The notes: generated by a model not told the origin, from the sequence alone. Shown: positions 1 through 13,524, counted from the whole stretch's first letter. The stretch is 63,595 nucleotides of DNA, filler included, from Octopus bimaculoides (GCF_001194135.2; 3 parts of 3 records of this genome joined end to end with filler, not necessarily neighbours in it); one strand, 5' to 3'. Made by a program: numbers and translations.

Positions 1-31
<31 letters not shown>

Positions 32-95
32 ATATAAATAATATATAAATATATGCATATATCCATACATATATGTTCATACCTACATCAATATG

Positions 96-141
<46 letters not shown>

Positions 142-276
142 CATACACACACACATATATATACAAATATATACATCCGTATATGTACATATATACATAT
201 TTATCCATATATATATTTCTATGATTGCGTTTGTAGGTATGGCAATGTATGTATGTATGAAAGCTGTGCGTATGTA

Positions 277-319
<43 letters not shown>

Positions 320-364
320 TTGTATTTGCGTGTATGCGTGTATGGTTTGTTTTGCGACATATCT

Positions 365-560
365 AAAAGGTGGCACGTAGCAGCAAACGTAAGCGAAACA
401 CGACATTATTTTGTATCCGTTGTTCTTCGAGGTCGACTTTGCCTTTAATCCTTTCGGATGTCGATAAAAAAAAAGTACCAGTTACGTCCTGGGGACGATG
501 TAATTGACTATCCTCTCCTCCAAATTTCAGGCCTTGTGCCTGTAGTAGAAAGAATTAGTA
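365..560 (+). mobile_element. Octopus-type SINE family A copy (degenerate)
   Basis: Contains CGAGGTCGACTTTGCCTTTAATCCTTTCGG...AGTACCAGT...GGCCTTGTGCC...AGAAAGAATTA, a motif set that recurs more than 10 times in this window. Confidence 0.75.
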
Positions 561-724
561 TGCATCCAATGCCGTTATTGTTGCAGTAATTGTTATGGTT
601 GTGTTTCACTGGGAGCGCCAAGGAGTGCGTGACAAAGGAAAGGAAATTTCCACGACCGTGAGCTTGTACACGCCGAAGTTCAGCTTGCCCGGGGCACCAG
701 CAATCCTAGGGGTGGCCCTAACTA

Positions 725-925
725 TGGCGGCGAGGTGCCAGAACTGTCAACACGTCGAGCAAAATACGCTTTACATTCTGAGTTCTAATTCTACCAAAGT
801 CGACATTGTCTCTCGCTCATTCGGGGACTATATGATAATGTACCAGTTAAATAGCAGGGTCGAGGTAATCGACTTAACCCCTCTATCCAAAGATTTTGGG
901 ACTTTTGTCACTATTTGAAAGCATT
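725..925 (+). mobile_element. SINE family A copy (diverged)
   Basis: GGCGGCGAGGTGCCAGAA head, TTCTGAGTTCTAATTC, GTCGAC and GGGTCGAGGTAATCGACTTAA match the other copies. Confidence 0.7.
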
Positions 926-1702
926 TTATTTCTCTGTAATATACGATTTATGGACAACTAATCAAAGTATTACGTCGTCATCATCGTCATCATCGTCAAC
1001 ATCATCATCATCAACAACAACAACAAAGCACAAAGAAAATGTGACCCCTGTCTCCAAGTATCGCACCAACCATCCAGTCGTCTAACACAACCACGTTATA
1101 TTTTTCTTAACCTCTTTGAGACAATTTGAGACAGAAATCTTTCTAGGTTAATTCATTTCGGCGTGGCTAGAACATAAGATTGGCACTACGTATTAATATA
1201 TATATATATATATATATANNNNNNNNNNNNNNNNNNNNNNNNNNNNNNNNNNNNNNNNNNNNNNNNNNNNNNNNNNNNNNNNNNNNNNNNNNNNNNNNNN
1301 NNNNNNNNNNNNNNNNNNNNNNNNNNNNNNNNNNNNNNNNNNNNNNNNNNNNNNNNNNNNNNNNNNNNNNNNNNNNNNNNNNNNNNNNNNNNNNNNNNNN
1401 NNNNNNNNNNNNNNNNNNNNNNNNNNNNNNNNNNNNNNNNNNNNNNNNNNNNNNNNNNNNNNNNNNNNNNNNNNNNNNNNNNNNNNNNNNNNNNNNNNNN
1501 NNNNNNNNNNNNNNNNNNNNNNNNNNNNNNNNNNNNNNNNNNNNNNNNNNNNNNNNNNNNNNNNNNNNNNNNNNNNNNNNNNNNNNNNNNNNNNNNNNNN
1601 NNNNNNNNNNNNNNNNNNNNNNNNNNNNNNNNNNNNNNNNNNNNNNNNNNNNNNNNNNNNNNNNNNNNNNNNNNNNNNNNNNNNNNNNNNNNNNNNNNNN
1701 NN

Positions 1703-1745
<43 letters not shown>

Positions 1746-1948
1746 ATATGTATGTATATATGTATGTATATTTATGTGTGTATATATGTATATATATATA
1801 TATATATATGTGTGTATGTATATATATGTGTATATGTATATACATATATAAATATATATGTACACACATATGCATATATATGTATATATGTATATATATA
1901 TATGTATGTATATATATATGTGTGTGTGTGCATCTATCTATCTATCTA

Positions 1949-2007
<59 letters not shown>

Positions 2008-2142
2008 GCATATGTATGTATATATGTATATGTATATATATATATCGGATTCTCGCCCACCTAGTGCGATGAGAGATCTAAAGACATCTGGTTGTGTTTA
2101 AACAACATAGTACGTTTCAACCCTTGCACATACATACAAACA

Positions 2143-2175
<33 letters not shown>

Positions 2176-2603
2176 GCACGTACGCACATATATCCACATA
2201 GACAATCAGAGACACACAGCACACATCCATCTATGCATACATGGCCGCACAAACAAACAAACAGACAGTGTCACGCACTCACAGATAAACAGAGATAACA
2301 TGCACACATTAACACATATTATTGTAGTTTCTTTTTTGTCTCTTTCTCTTTTCTCGCGATTATTAACAAGTGCTGATTGCATTCACAATGATGCTTGCAC
2401 CTATTTACACATTTATATATTTATATATATATACGGCTATTCAACCTCGTGGAAGTATGCGTCTACATATTCATGTTCATATTTATGCATTTATGTGTAT
2501 ATTATTGTATAATTGTATACGTCAGCGATACTGATACTGACAGAACCTCAGATTATAAAATATATATATCTATTCTTACACATATGTATATGTAATTTTG
2601 CAT

Positions 2604-3455
2604 ATATACATATATATATATGTAGAAATATATATTTATACATATACATGTGTGTATATAAATATATATAACCTATATTTCTATCACTATCAACACCATA
2701 CTTCAGCATCTATCCTCACCAGTAATAGCAACCCGGCAACAACCACCATAGGTATCACCACCAACTCCGCTACAATACCCACTTTCAGTAATACCAAGAG
2801 AACCAGATTCTCTNNNNNNNNNNNNNNNNNNNNNNNNNNNNNNNNNNNNNNNNNNNNNNNNNNNNNNNNNNNNNNNNNNNNNNNNNNNNNNNNNNNNNNN
2901 NNNNNNNNNNNNNNNNNNNNNNNNNNNNNNNNNNNNNNNNNNNNNNNNNNNNNNNNNNNNNNNNNNNNNNNNNNNNNNNNNNNNNNNNNNNNNNNNNNNN
3001 NNNNNNNNNNNNNNNNNNNNNNNNNNNNNNNNNNNNNNNNNNNNNNNNNNNNNNNNNNNNNNNNNNNNNNNNNNNNNNNNNNNNNNNNNNNNNNNNNNNN
3101 NNNNNNNNNNNNNNNNNNNNNNNNNNNNNNNNNNNNNNNNNNNNNNNNNNNNNNNNNNNNNNNNNNNNNNNNNNNNNNNNNNNNNNNNNNNNNNNNNNNN
3201 NNNNNNNNNNNNNNNNNNNNNNNNNNNNNNNNNNNNNNNNNNNNNNNNNNNNNNNNNNNNNNNNNNNNNNNNNNNNNNNNNNNNNNNNNNNNNNNNNNNN
3301 NNNNNNNNNNNNNNNNNNNNNNNNNNNNNNNNNNNNNNNNNNNNNNNNNNNNNNNNNNNNNNNNNNNNNNNNNNNNNNNNNNNNNNNNNNNNNNNNNNNN
3401 NNNNATTAACAATTAAAAGCACAATAAAATATTTTGTCCCTAATATTATATATAT

Positions 3456-3486
<31 letters not shown>

Positions 3487-3703
3487 CCTATAAATATACA
3501 TATATATATATGTAGAAATATATATTTATACATATACATGTGTGTATATAAATATATATAACCTATATTTCTATCACTATCAACACCATACTTCAGCATC
3601 TATCCTCACCAGTAATAGCAACCCGGCAACAACCACCATAGGTATCACCACCAACTCCGCTACAATACCCACTTTCAGTAATACCAAGAGAACCAGATTC
3701 TCT
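2604..3703. repeat. Exact 210-bp duplication flanking an N-gap (2604-2813 = 3494-3703), probable assembly artefact
   Basis: Base-for-base identity at offset 890; the first copy ends exactly at the gap. Confidence 0.8.
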
Positions 3704-4517
3704 AGCTCCATAAACATCACCACCACCACCACCGCCATCAACAAAACTAATGCAAAGACCACCACCGCCACCACCACAGCCTTCACGTCACTATAGCTAC
3801 TACAACCAACACCATCTTAACAACAACTACTGCAACCGCCATCACAATCACAATATGTAATCCAGTCTAATCCAATATTCATAATCCAGCTGTCATCTAT
3901 CTCAAACGTTAAACGCAGAATATGGCTAAAGAAAGCATGGAGTACGTCTGACTCTTTCATAGTTTAGAGATCAGACCGGTACAAGTGTTTCAATTATCGG
4001 TTCTCTGACCTTCCAGGGTCTTGACCTCGCGTTACCCAGTGTTTGCAGTTGTTCTCTATGGTTGAGTTACGGATGACTGTTTTGATCTGAGGATCAGAAG
4101 GAAGTTAATAAACGGGTTAAAAATGTAAAGCAGGGTCAGCCGTAATGAAATAGCGAAGCCTAAACGAGGCAGTAAATATGTATATATATATATATATATA
4201 TCTTTGCCCTCTGACAGTAGACGTGTCAATGTCAATTGGGTAAGGAAAATAAAAATAAGAAAACAAAAAACCGGATATATAAATACAAACATACACATAT
4301 ACACTACAAGACATACATACATATATATGTGCGTGTGTGTGTGTGTGTGTAAATAAGCATGCGTATATACTTGCATACGTAAACATCCAGAGACACAAAC
4401 ACGTAGTCCCGAGCATATACAGATGATCACAATACCACATATTTTGGTGAGATTTTGAGAGTGTGAGAGAAATACAGAGTGAGGGAGAAATATAGTTTTA
4501 TGTCCATTGTTTGTTTG

Positions 4518-4559
<42 letters not shown>

Positions 4560-4596
4560 ACACACACACACACACACATACATATATATATATAGA

Positions 4597-4639
<43 letters not shown>

Positions 4640-5005
4640 GGAGGCGCAATGGCCCAGTAGTTAGGGCAGTGGACTCGCGGTCGTAGGATCGCGGTTTCGT
4701 TTCCCAGACCGGGCGTTGTGAGTGTTTATTGAGCGAAATCTCCTAAAGCTCCACGGGGCTCCGGTAGGGAGCGGTGTCGAACACTGCTGTACCCTTTCAC
4801 CACAACATTCTCTCACTCTTTCTTCCTGTTTCTGTTGTACCTGTATTTCAAAGGGCCAGCCTTGTCACCCTCTGTGTCATTCTGAATCTCCCCGAGAACT
4901 ACGTTAAAGATACACGTGTCTGTGGAGTGCTCAGCCACTTGCACGTTAATCTCACGATCAACTGGAACCCTCGTCTTCGTAACCGCCGGAGTGCCACGAA
5001 AGAAA
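4640..5005 (+). mobile_element. tRNA-derived SINE, family B, near full length
   Basis: tRNA-like head GGAGGCGCAATGGCCCAGTAGTTAGGGCAG (box A) and GGTTTCGTTTCCC (degenerate box B), GC-rich body, ends in a (GA)-rich tail. Confidence 0.75.
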
Positions 5006-5149
5006 GAGAGAGATAAAGAGAAAGAGAGAGTGGGATGTACATGCATATACATTATTATATGCATACATATGTCTATATATATATGAGTATACAAACGTGC
5101 ATATCTTCGCACACCCACAGATACTTAAGTGCATATGATATACATACAT

Positions 5150-5228
<79 letters not shown>

Positions 5229-5936
5229 CCCATACTCGCATGCTCACTTCACAGATACGTATATACATATCTATACATATACACACACGGACATACGCAC
5301 ACGCATATATGCGTATGTATGCATATACATATATGTATGTTTAATACTAGTAACAAAGAGAAAATGCACTCAATACATTGTGTAAAGTATAGCTTATATT
5401 TATCGTAAAGATCTCTATTTTTTCACGTAATTTTGGCACGAAAACACCAAGTCCAAGTTCATAACGGTATGTTAGATCTGATGGCCATATTTGGAGTCGA
5501 TGTACATGGAAGTTGTCTAAGAAGAAATTCCTCCGAAAATGGCAATTAGATGATACCTCCCATTTCCGCTTAACTGATATTACTGTCTATGTTGGAATCT
5601 GGGAATTTTCGATTAAGCTAAACCTGTAGTACATTGATCTGTTGCAGTATGGAACAGTTTTGTCAACGACGCTCTATGTTACTGGAAAGGGTATCCGGTC
5701 ATTTACAGATACAGTAACGTATATCTATAGATATTGTTTAAAGATACAGTAATATTGCACAACATTGTTGTACAATAATAATGATTTCTCACATAGGTAA
5801 AAATCAAATGTTTGGGAAGATGGTTACAGTTTGCTTAAATTGCTATAATGCTTGGTAAAAGACTTATTCTTCTATGATTTAAACTCAGAAATGTAAATTG
5901 ATGTACTTCAATTCTGAATCCTTTTTTTGACCACTG

Positions 5937-6082
5937 ATTCCACGTCTATCAACCTACGCCTTCATCTTGTCAACCATTCTCCCGATTTTGCCAACCAGCC
6001 GCACCGTTTTGTTAACCACTCTCCCAATTCTATCAACTAGTGTCACCATCTCGTTAACTCCTCTCCCGATTCTCCCAACATT
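5937..6082. repeat. 42-bp degenerate tandem repeat, about 3.5 units
   Basis: Units start at 5966, 6008 and 6050 (YTYGTYAACYMYTCTCCCRATT...). Confidence 0.7.
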
Positions 6083-6269
6083 TGTCTGTAGTTCGTATTC
6101 GCTCAACCAGTATGACAAAACTGCCGCGGCTCCGCTGATTTTACCACCCACCGTCATAGAAGATTATGATGAGAATAATGAAACCTCAGTAAATATTGTT
6201 GCTGCTATTATTGTTGCTATAGTTTTTCTTGTTTTGAGCAAGCCAATTTTGATCAAATAGACTGATGAT

Positions 6270-7290
6270 TAAAAGTATTCTAGTCGAATTCCATTATTCA
6301 ACGTGTTCTTTAAGACGGTAGTAATAGTTAGAGTGAGATCTGACTGTTATATCTAGGACGTCTAATAAGTGCATAGAGTCTAGTAAGTGCTTTAGTTATG
6401 TATTTTGAAGAGCATTTTGCATGAGATTATTTTTTTTATGTGTGTCGCAATTGCATATTGCTGCCGGTGAAAAGATAGCAGCATCCCCATTTAAGGAAGC
6501 ATCAAGGTCTCTGAAAATGGGGACAGTGCAAGTTTGCCAATGGTATGGTACTCAAGTCAAATGGGAAGAATCACCATTGCATACGAGCATCCGATTCTTC
6601 AAGACGACAGCTGTTTGGACAATGATGTATGAAGGGAAGAATACCGAGTAATGTGTGGAAGAAAACTGAAACTTGGAGCATTACATATTTAATAGAAGAC
6701 GGGTCACAGAAGGCTCCATTATAAGCTACAGTAGTGTCATCTGACATGAGGTCTCTAGCCCAAGCGACAGTAGTTTAAGATTAGAAGCGTTTAGTATTTT
6801 GCTTTCTGAGGAATTGTATCTACGAGTCAAAGTTTAGATATTTTAACGTTGCAGTTTTCATCTGATACAGGTCTTCATTTATTAAATGTCGTTGAAAACT
6901 TGCAGTTATTTTACCAAATCCATGGCTTTATTCTAGGTGCATAGAAGCGTGGGAATCTTCAAGGTGACGGCAGTTAAGACGATGATGTATAAAAGGAAGA
7001 ATACTGAGCAATATGTGAACGAAAACCTTGAGGTATTTCAGATGTAATAGAGCAAGAATCAAAGAGAGCTCCAGTATAAGCTACTGTAGTGCCACCTGAC
7101 ATGAAGTTTCTAATCCAAGAGACAATAGAAGTTTAGGACTAGAAGCGTTTTGTCTTTTGCTTTGACAGAAATTACATCTGCGACTTTAACTTATGACAAT
7201 TCAAGATCTCAGTTTTCATCTGATACAGGTATTCATTTATTAAATGTCAATGAAAACATGCGGGTGCAGTTATTTTATCAATTCTATGTG
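6270..7290 (-). mobile_element. CR1/L2-type LINE reverse-transcriptase remnant with an internal duplication of about 355 bp
   Basis: Minus-strand translations DVISVKAKDK, WARDLMSDDTTVAYNGAFCDP and AYTGALFDSCSITSEIPQG resemble the RT motifs DVIYLDFSKAFD and W...V.VNG..S....TSGVPQGS. Segments 6575-6925 and 6945-7290 are mutually similar. Confidence 0.55.
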
Positions 7291-7604
7291 TTTACTCCAC
7301 AAGACATATGCTTAGCATAGTTGGTATTTTGCTGGTTGTGTCCAGCCAAGTGAGACACAACACGTAATGAGTTTATCAAGCATAGACAAACAAATATTAA
7401 GTGTAGTGGACTTGAAATTTTGCTCGTAACTAAGTGTGGTTTGGTTCAATTCCTGCTGTGTGAGGTGGCATTAACATAACCTTATTCATATCTTTGTTTA
7501 TTTAATGTCTATATATAAACAGAGGCAGAGAAGAAAGAAAAACACCACCTCACAGACAAAAACACATACATATATACATACATATATATATNNNNNNNNN
7601 NNNN

Positions 7605-7648
<44 letters not shown>

Positions 7649-8040
7649 CATATACGTATACATATATATGTATGTATATAAAAATATGTACATGTATGTA
7701 TATATGTATGTACATATATATACACATATATATACATATATATATGCATGTGTGTATATATATATATGTATATATACGACTAAATATATATTTCTATGTA
7801 TTTGGTACGTGTGTCTATATAATGGACGTATTATATGGCGGATAAACTTCACTGTTCCATATAAACTTGCAGTGAGTGTATATATTTCGATATTATGTAT
7901 TGATATTTTTGTAACTATATCGTTAAACACTCACCATGGTGTGGGTTTAATGGTATATTTATTGTGTTTTAAATATAAAATACCTACATATATACGTACA
8001 AATACACAGATACATACACATACACATACACACGCATACT

Positions 8041-8079
<39 letters not shown>

Positions 8080-8489
8080 NNNNNNNNNNNNNNNNNNNNN
8101 NNNNNNNNNNNNNNNNNNNNNNNNNNNNNNNNNNNNNNNNNNNNNNNNNNNNNNNNNNNNNNNNNNNNNNNNNNNNNNNNNNNNNNNNNNNNNNNNNNNN
8201 NNNNNNNNNNNNNNNNNNNNNNNNNNNNNNNNNNNNNNNNNNNNNNNNNNNNNNNNNNNNNNNNNNNNNNNNNNNNNNNNAGAGAGAGAGAAAGTCAAAC
8301 ATAACAAAATATTAAAACATATATACCCACTTATATACAAAAAGAAAAATACAGAGCACAGCGCACACATGCACGCACACACATGCACGCACACACATGC
8401 ACGCACACACATGCACGCACACTGCCAACGTACAAACTACTTTTGGCTCACTGAAATTTAGTATATCAAGGACATTTAAAAGGGTTTCA

Positions 8490-8590
8490 GCTTATTGGTG
8501 GGTTCGCTTAGCTGGATGCACCCAATACTCGTAACTGTGAACGAAACCATAAATAAAGCTAATAGACAGTAAACCAATATCCCGCCCACT
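8490..8590. promoter_or_regulatory. Cluster of three CCAAT boxes plus a GC box (candidate promoter or enhancer)
   Basis: ATTGG 8494-8498, CCAAT 8522-8526 and 8574-8578, CCCGCCC 8581-8587, in unique sequence. Motif evidence only. Confidence 0.2.
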
Positions 8591-8816
8591 CAGAGCGAAT
8601 AATTGTTGGTTTTCAACTAAGCTATTTCTCACGTTAAGTCGATCTTACACTAAAGTGACCAATTTTATTGGTTACTTCCTAAATTGCCTAAGTAAATTCT
8701 ATGCCCTTTCTAAGATTTTTGGACACGTGAATTGTCTTTTTAAAACTGATTCTAACCGACAGGTATAAGCCAATTAACATCTTGTGTTGGCTGGATAAAG
8801 ACCGGCTCTTTTAGAA

Positions 8817-9303
8817 CAGTGGTCCCCAGGCACCAGGCCGCGGACTGCTTGCGGTCCGTGGATCATTTGCTACCGGGCCGCAAAGAAATAAGCGGGATTT
8901 TCTGCTGGGACAATGACCAAAACAAAACTACGAAGTAGAGTAGACACAAGGAACATAATTCGAGTATCATTGTCATTGTCTCCCATCACTTCTAGATGGG
9001 ACCGTCCAGTTGCAGGGAAACAAGTTCAGAGATCCCACTGATTGCACATTATGGTGAGTTGATATTGATGTGATAATAGTGTAAGGACGGGAAACTAAGC
9101 AAGCAAGTGTGTGGCCAGGCTGGAGACCAGACAGGAGAGTCAAAAGATTATATACTTATTCCTTCTTTTAATAAATTGCTCTTTTATTATTGCCCTCTTT
9201 ATCGAAATGCACTTAAATTACACATATGTGCAACTACCGGTCCGCGGAAAAATTGTCCGGCATGAAACTGGTCCGCGGTATAAAAAATTATTCGTGGAGA
9301 CAT
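8817..9303 (+). mobile_element. Non-autonomous hAT (Charlie-type, MER1-like) DNA transposon
   Basis: Left end CAGTGGTCCCCA preceded by TTTTAGAA (resembles a Charlie 8-bp TSD). Contains a transposase C-terminal remnant TGTCTCCCATCAC...AGATGGGACCGTC...CCCACTGATT and subterminal CCGGTCCGCGGAAAAATTGTC. Right TIR degenerate. Confidence 0.75.
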
Positions 9304-9403
9304 CTTTAACGTTATAACAGCCTCGATCAAAACACAGATCTTGCAGTTCGAAACTATCGACAGTTGTGCCAACTATCGGTACAATATGCGGTGTTGTTCG
9401 TCG

Positions 9404-9465
<62 letters not shown>

Positions 9466-9479
9466 ATATATATATTACA

Positions 9480-9860
9480 TGTCTTTTATCTTCTACTTGG
9501 TTCAGGCATTAGACTGCAGCCATGCTCTGTCACCGCTTTGAAGAAATATTAGATGAACGAATCGACCCTAGTACTTAAATTTTTTAAAGCCTGGTATCTA
9601 TTCTATCGTTCTTTTTTGCCTCACCGCTATGTTACAGGGACATAAAGACACCAACAGCGGTTGTCAATCGGTGGCGGGGGACAAACGCAAACACAAAGAC
9701 AGGCACACACAAACATATGTACGAGTGACTTCTTTCAGTTTCCCACTCACAAGTTTTTTGGTCAACCCGACGCTAAAATACAAGACGCTTCCCCAAGGTG
9801 CCACGTAGTGGGATTGAACCCGGAACCATGTGGTTTGGAAGCAAGCTTCTTGCAACACAT
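9480..9860 (-). mobile_element. tRNA-derived SINE family C (CORE-like central motif), near full length
   Basis: Reverse complement reads GGTTCCGGGTTCAATCCCACTACGTGGCACCTTGGGGAAG (box B plus a MIR-core-like motif). The tail GACTGCAGCCATGCT matches copies at 36.1 and 63.4 kb. Confidence 0.75.
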
Positions 9861-9954
9861 CTACACATACACACACAGATAGATAAATTGATAGTTTAAA
9901 TATGGATTGAGAGAGAGAAAGAGAGAGATGTCAGTATGTATGTATAGATATATA

Positions 9955-10060
9955 AGGCGTAGATACGGTTGTGTGGATTTGCTTAAGGAAGTTAGGTTTT
10001 TGCCCAACGTGGTTGCGGGTTGAGTCCTACTGCGTGACAGCTTAAGCAAGTGTCTTTTAA
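9955..10060 (+). mobile_element. SINE family C, 5' fragment
   Basis: GGTTGCGGGTTGAGTCCTACTGCGTGACAGCTTAAGCAAGTGTCTT aligns with the head of the 9480-9860 copy. Confidence 0.6.
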
Positions 10061-10639
10061 CTTAGAGTTTCGACAAAAGTTATGAGAACGATGACATCCT
10101 ATACCGATGGCAACCCCTAACGAGTGTATGACTGGGAGGTTCTCTTAAACATACTGTTTGTTGATGGAATAGTAAATAATATACAAATTAGTTGTTATTG
10201 TTCTCTCTGTGAAATTATTCACAAGTGGTATGGATTTATCAAAGTTTGAGAAAAATAGTCACAAAGTTACACAAAACAAAATCGCTTTGATAGCAGCCAT
10301 TTATGGATCACTATTGTAAAGAAGTTTACGTCTTGGAAGGAAACATTGTCGCAGGATATAACTTTTACAATTATAAATCGTATACTTAATCACATTCCCT
10401 GGCATATTTGCAAGGATATCTATCCAGATACCTATTTATCTATACAGACATATAAAAAATACTACATACACTCACATTATATATATATAGATAAATGATA
10501 TCGTGTGCGTGTGAACTAACACTACCACTCACGCTGTCACATATAACAATTCATATGTATATACTCCATACACATTTCATATAATCACTCAATGCATACG
10601 CACGCGCACTGTACAAAGAATTTAATATTCTACTTTTGA

Positions 10640-10790
10640 CGTCTATCTTTACAACCTGAGCTCAAATTCCGCCGAGGTCGCCTTTGCTTTTTACCCTTTC
10701 GGAGTTGATTAAACAAGCACAAGCTCCTCCCTCAAACCTGCTGGTGTTGTGCCAAAATCTTAAACCAGTATTTTACTGTTGTGTATACAC
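10640..10790 (+). mobile_element. SINE family A fragment
   Basis: CTGAGCTCAAATTCCGCCGAGGTCGCCTTTGC motif. Confidence 0.65.
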
Positions 10791-10825
10791 TGCGAACAGG
10801 TGTGAATATATATAAATATATGTAC

Positions 10826-10877
<52 letters not shown>

Positions 10878-11103
10878 NNNNNNNNNNNNNNNNNNNNNNN
10901 NNNNNNNNNNNNNNNNNNNNNNNNNNNNNNNNNNNNNNNNNNNNNNNNNNNNNNNNNNNNNNNNNNNNNNNNNNNNNNNNNNNNNNNNNNNNNNNNNNNN
11001 NNNNNNNNNNNNNTATATATACCCATATATATGTATATACATACAGGCATACATACATATACACACATGTATATATGTATATATATATAGAGAGAGAGAG
11101 ATG

Positions 11104-11149
<46 letters not shown>

Positions 11150-11894
11150 GACACATACATACACATAAACAGAAATATATACAAATGTATGTGTTTGTGC
11201 TTGTATGTGTGCGTATGTGTGTGCGTGTGTATGTGTATGTGAATAAGTGTGGTGCATGTTTTGAATATTTAAAGATGTATGCGTGTACTTACACTTTTAA
11301 TGTCTACCTGCTTGTCACATTGCCTGCGCGCCTGTCTGTCTTGTTTTCTCTCTTTCTTTGTATATTTATCTATGATCTCTTGCTTTGGAGAAAAAGAAAC
11401 AAACCAGACAAAAACACAAAAACACAAAAACAACCTGTTGGTCCAATGAAGCTAGACCAATGAACAATTAGAACGTTGTTCCAAGTTAAACAAAGACTTG
11501 GTAATTCATTAGTGTTACCTCTATTCAGAGACATGCTCGCAGAATCGCTTCACCCAGTCGGCCAACAGACAACCGCTGGAAACATGTTGGTTGGTTTTAT
11601 TTTATTTTATTCTATTTTCTTTTCCTTTTATAATTTTTCTTTTGTTTCTTCCTTTCAGCAACCACACAAGACTTCGGTTGGCTAACGATTTCTGACCAGC
11701 TTGTTTGAACATCGACCGCTTTCTTCTGTAAAAGGAGTCGATGTCAACATTTTTCAGGAACTATATACACACACCTTCGGCATAAAATTGTTATATATAT
11801 CGCACGTTATGTTTCATAGGCAAATAGAGATTTGCATTTAAATGAATGACTGTAAACTCAACCTATTGTTTGATAACACAGTTAAACCGGCAGA

Positions 11895-12185
<291 letters not shown>

Positions 12186-12638
12186 CATTATCACTCTAGT
12201 AAGACGAGCGCATGGGGACCGGCTAGGAAGGACTCTTACTTTGACAATAGTAAATAAACATACATCGTGGGTGTTGGCGCAGTATTCCGTATGTTGTGTC
12301 TATCTAGAAGGGAGTTTTTCACACAGTGCGCTTAGTATATACATGTATACATATACATGTGCATACGTACATACATACACACATATACACATATATACAT
12401 ATATGTATATACACTTGTATACGTATATATGTGTATATGTACATATATATCATATTTATGTGTATGTGTGGTGTGTGTGTGTGTGTGTGTTGTGTGTATC
12501 TATACGAGTTGACGTGTGTCTTATATATATATATGCATATATATATTTATATATACGTGTATGTATATGTATACATATATGTAAATGTGTGCGTATATAT
12601 ATATATGTATATATATGCATATGCATGCGTATATATAT

Positions 12639-12673
<35 letters not shown>

Positions 12674-12968
12674 NNNNNNNNNNNNNNNNNNNNNNNNNNN
12701 NNNNNNNNNNNNNNNNNNNNNNNNNNNNNNNNNNNNNNNNNNNNNNNNNNNNNNNNNNNNNNNNNNNNNNNNNNNNNNNNNNNNNNNNNNNNNNNNNNNN
12801 NNNNNNNNNNNNNNNNNNNNNNNNNNNNNNNNNNNNNNNNNNNNNNNNNNNNNNNNNNNNNNNNNTATATGTATATATATATATGTATATACATATACGC
12901 ATAAGTACATACATATGTATGTGGATATATATATATATATATACATACACATAAACATAAGTACATGC

Positions 12969-13009
<41 letters not shown>

Positions 13010-13445
13010 TATATGTTGTACAACGTATACACTTGCACTAACACGCCATGTATGATTGTGTATAGAAGAAGAAAGAAACGGTAAAATGAAAGAGGGGAGG
13101 GAGAATGCGAGCCACGAGAAAGCACGAGTGAAAATAGTAGCGGTGGGAGGATAAGAGAAAAAGAAAATTAAAAAGACCGACAGGCAAACAGACAGCAAGA
13201 AGAGATAGACACAAAGATACGAAGATACATAGATATGTAGATACAAAAATAAGTAGATTCATAGCTAGATAAATAGATATACGTACATGTTTATTTATGT
13301 TCGCGTGAGTGAGTGAGTGTGTGTATGCATGTGCGTTTGTGTGAGTTTAAGTGTATGAAGTTGTGTGTGTCTTTGTGTACGAGCGTATATTTATATCTTT
13401 GGTAGTGATGGAGAAATGTGTGTGAGTGTGTGTGCGCTCGTGTGT

Positions 13446-13524
<79 letters not shown>

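Noticed and set aside
3542-3850. Thr-rich mucin-like ORF
   Set aside because: Degenerate (ACC/ACA)n simple repeat, partly within an artefactual duplication; no splice or start evidence.
4640-4715. Possible tRNA gene
   Set aside because: Box B is degenerate, no convincing cloverleaf forms, and the sequence continues into a SINE body.
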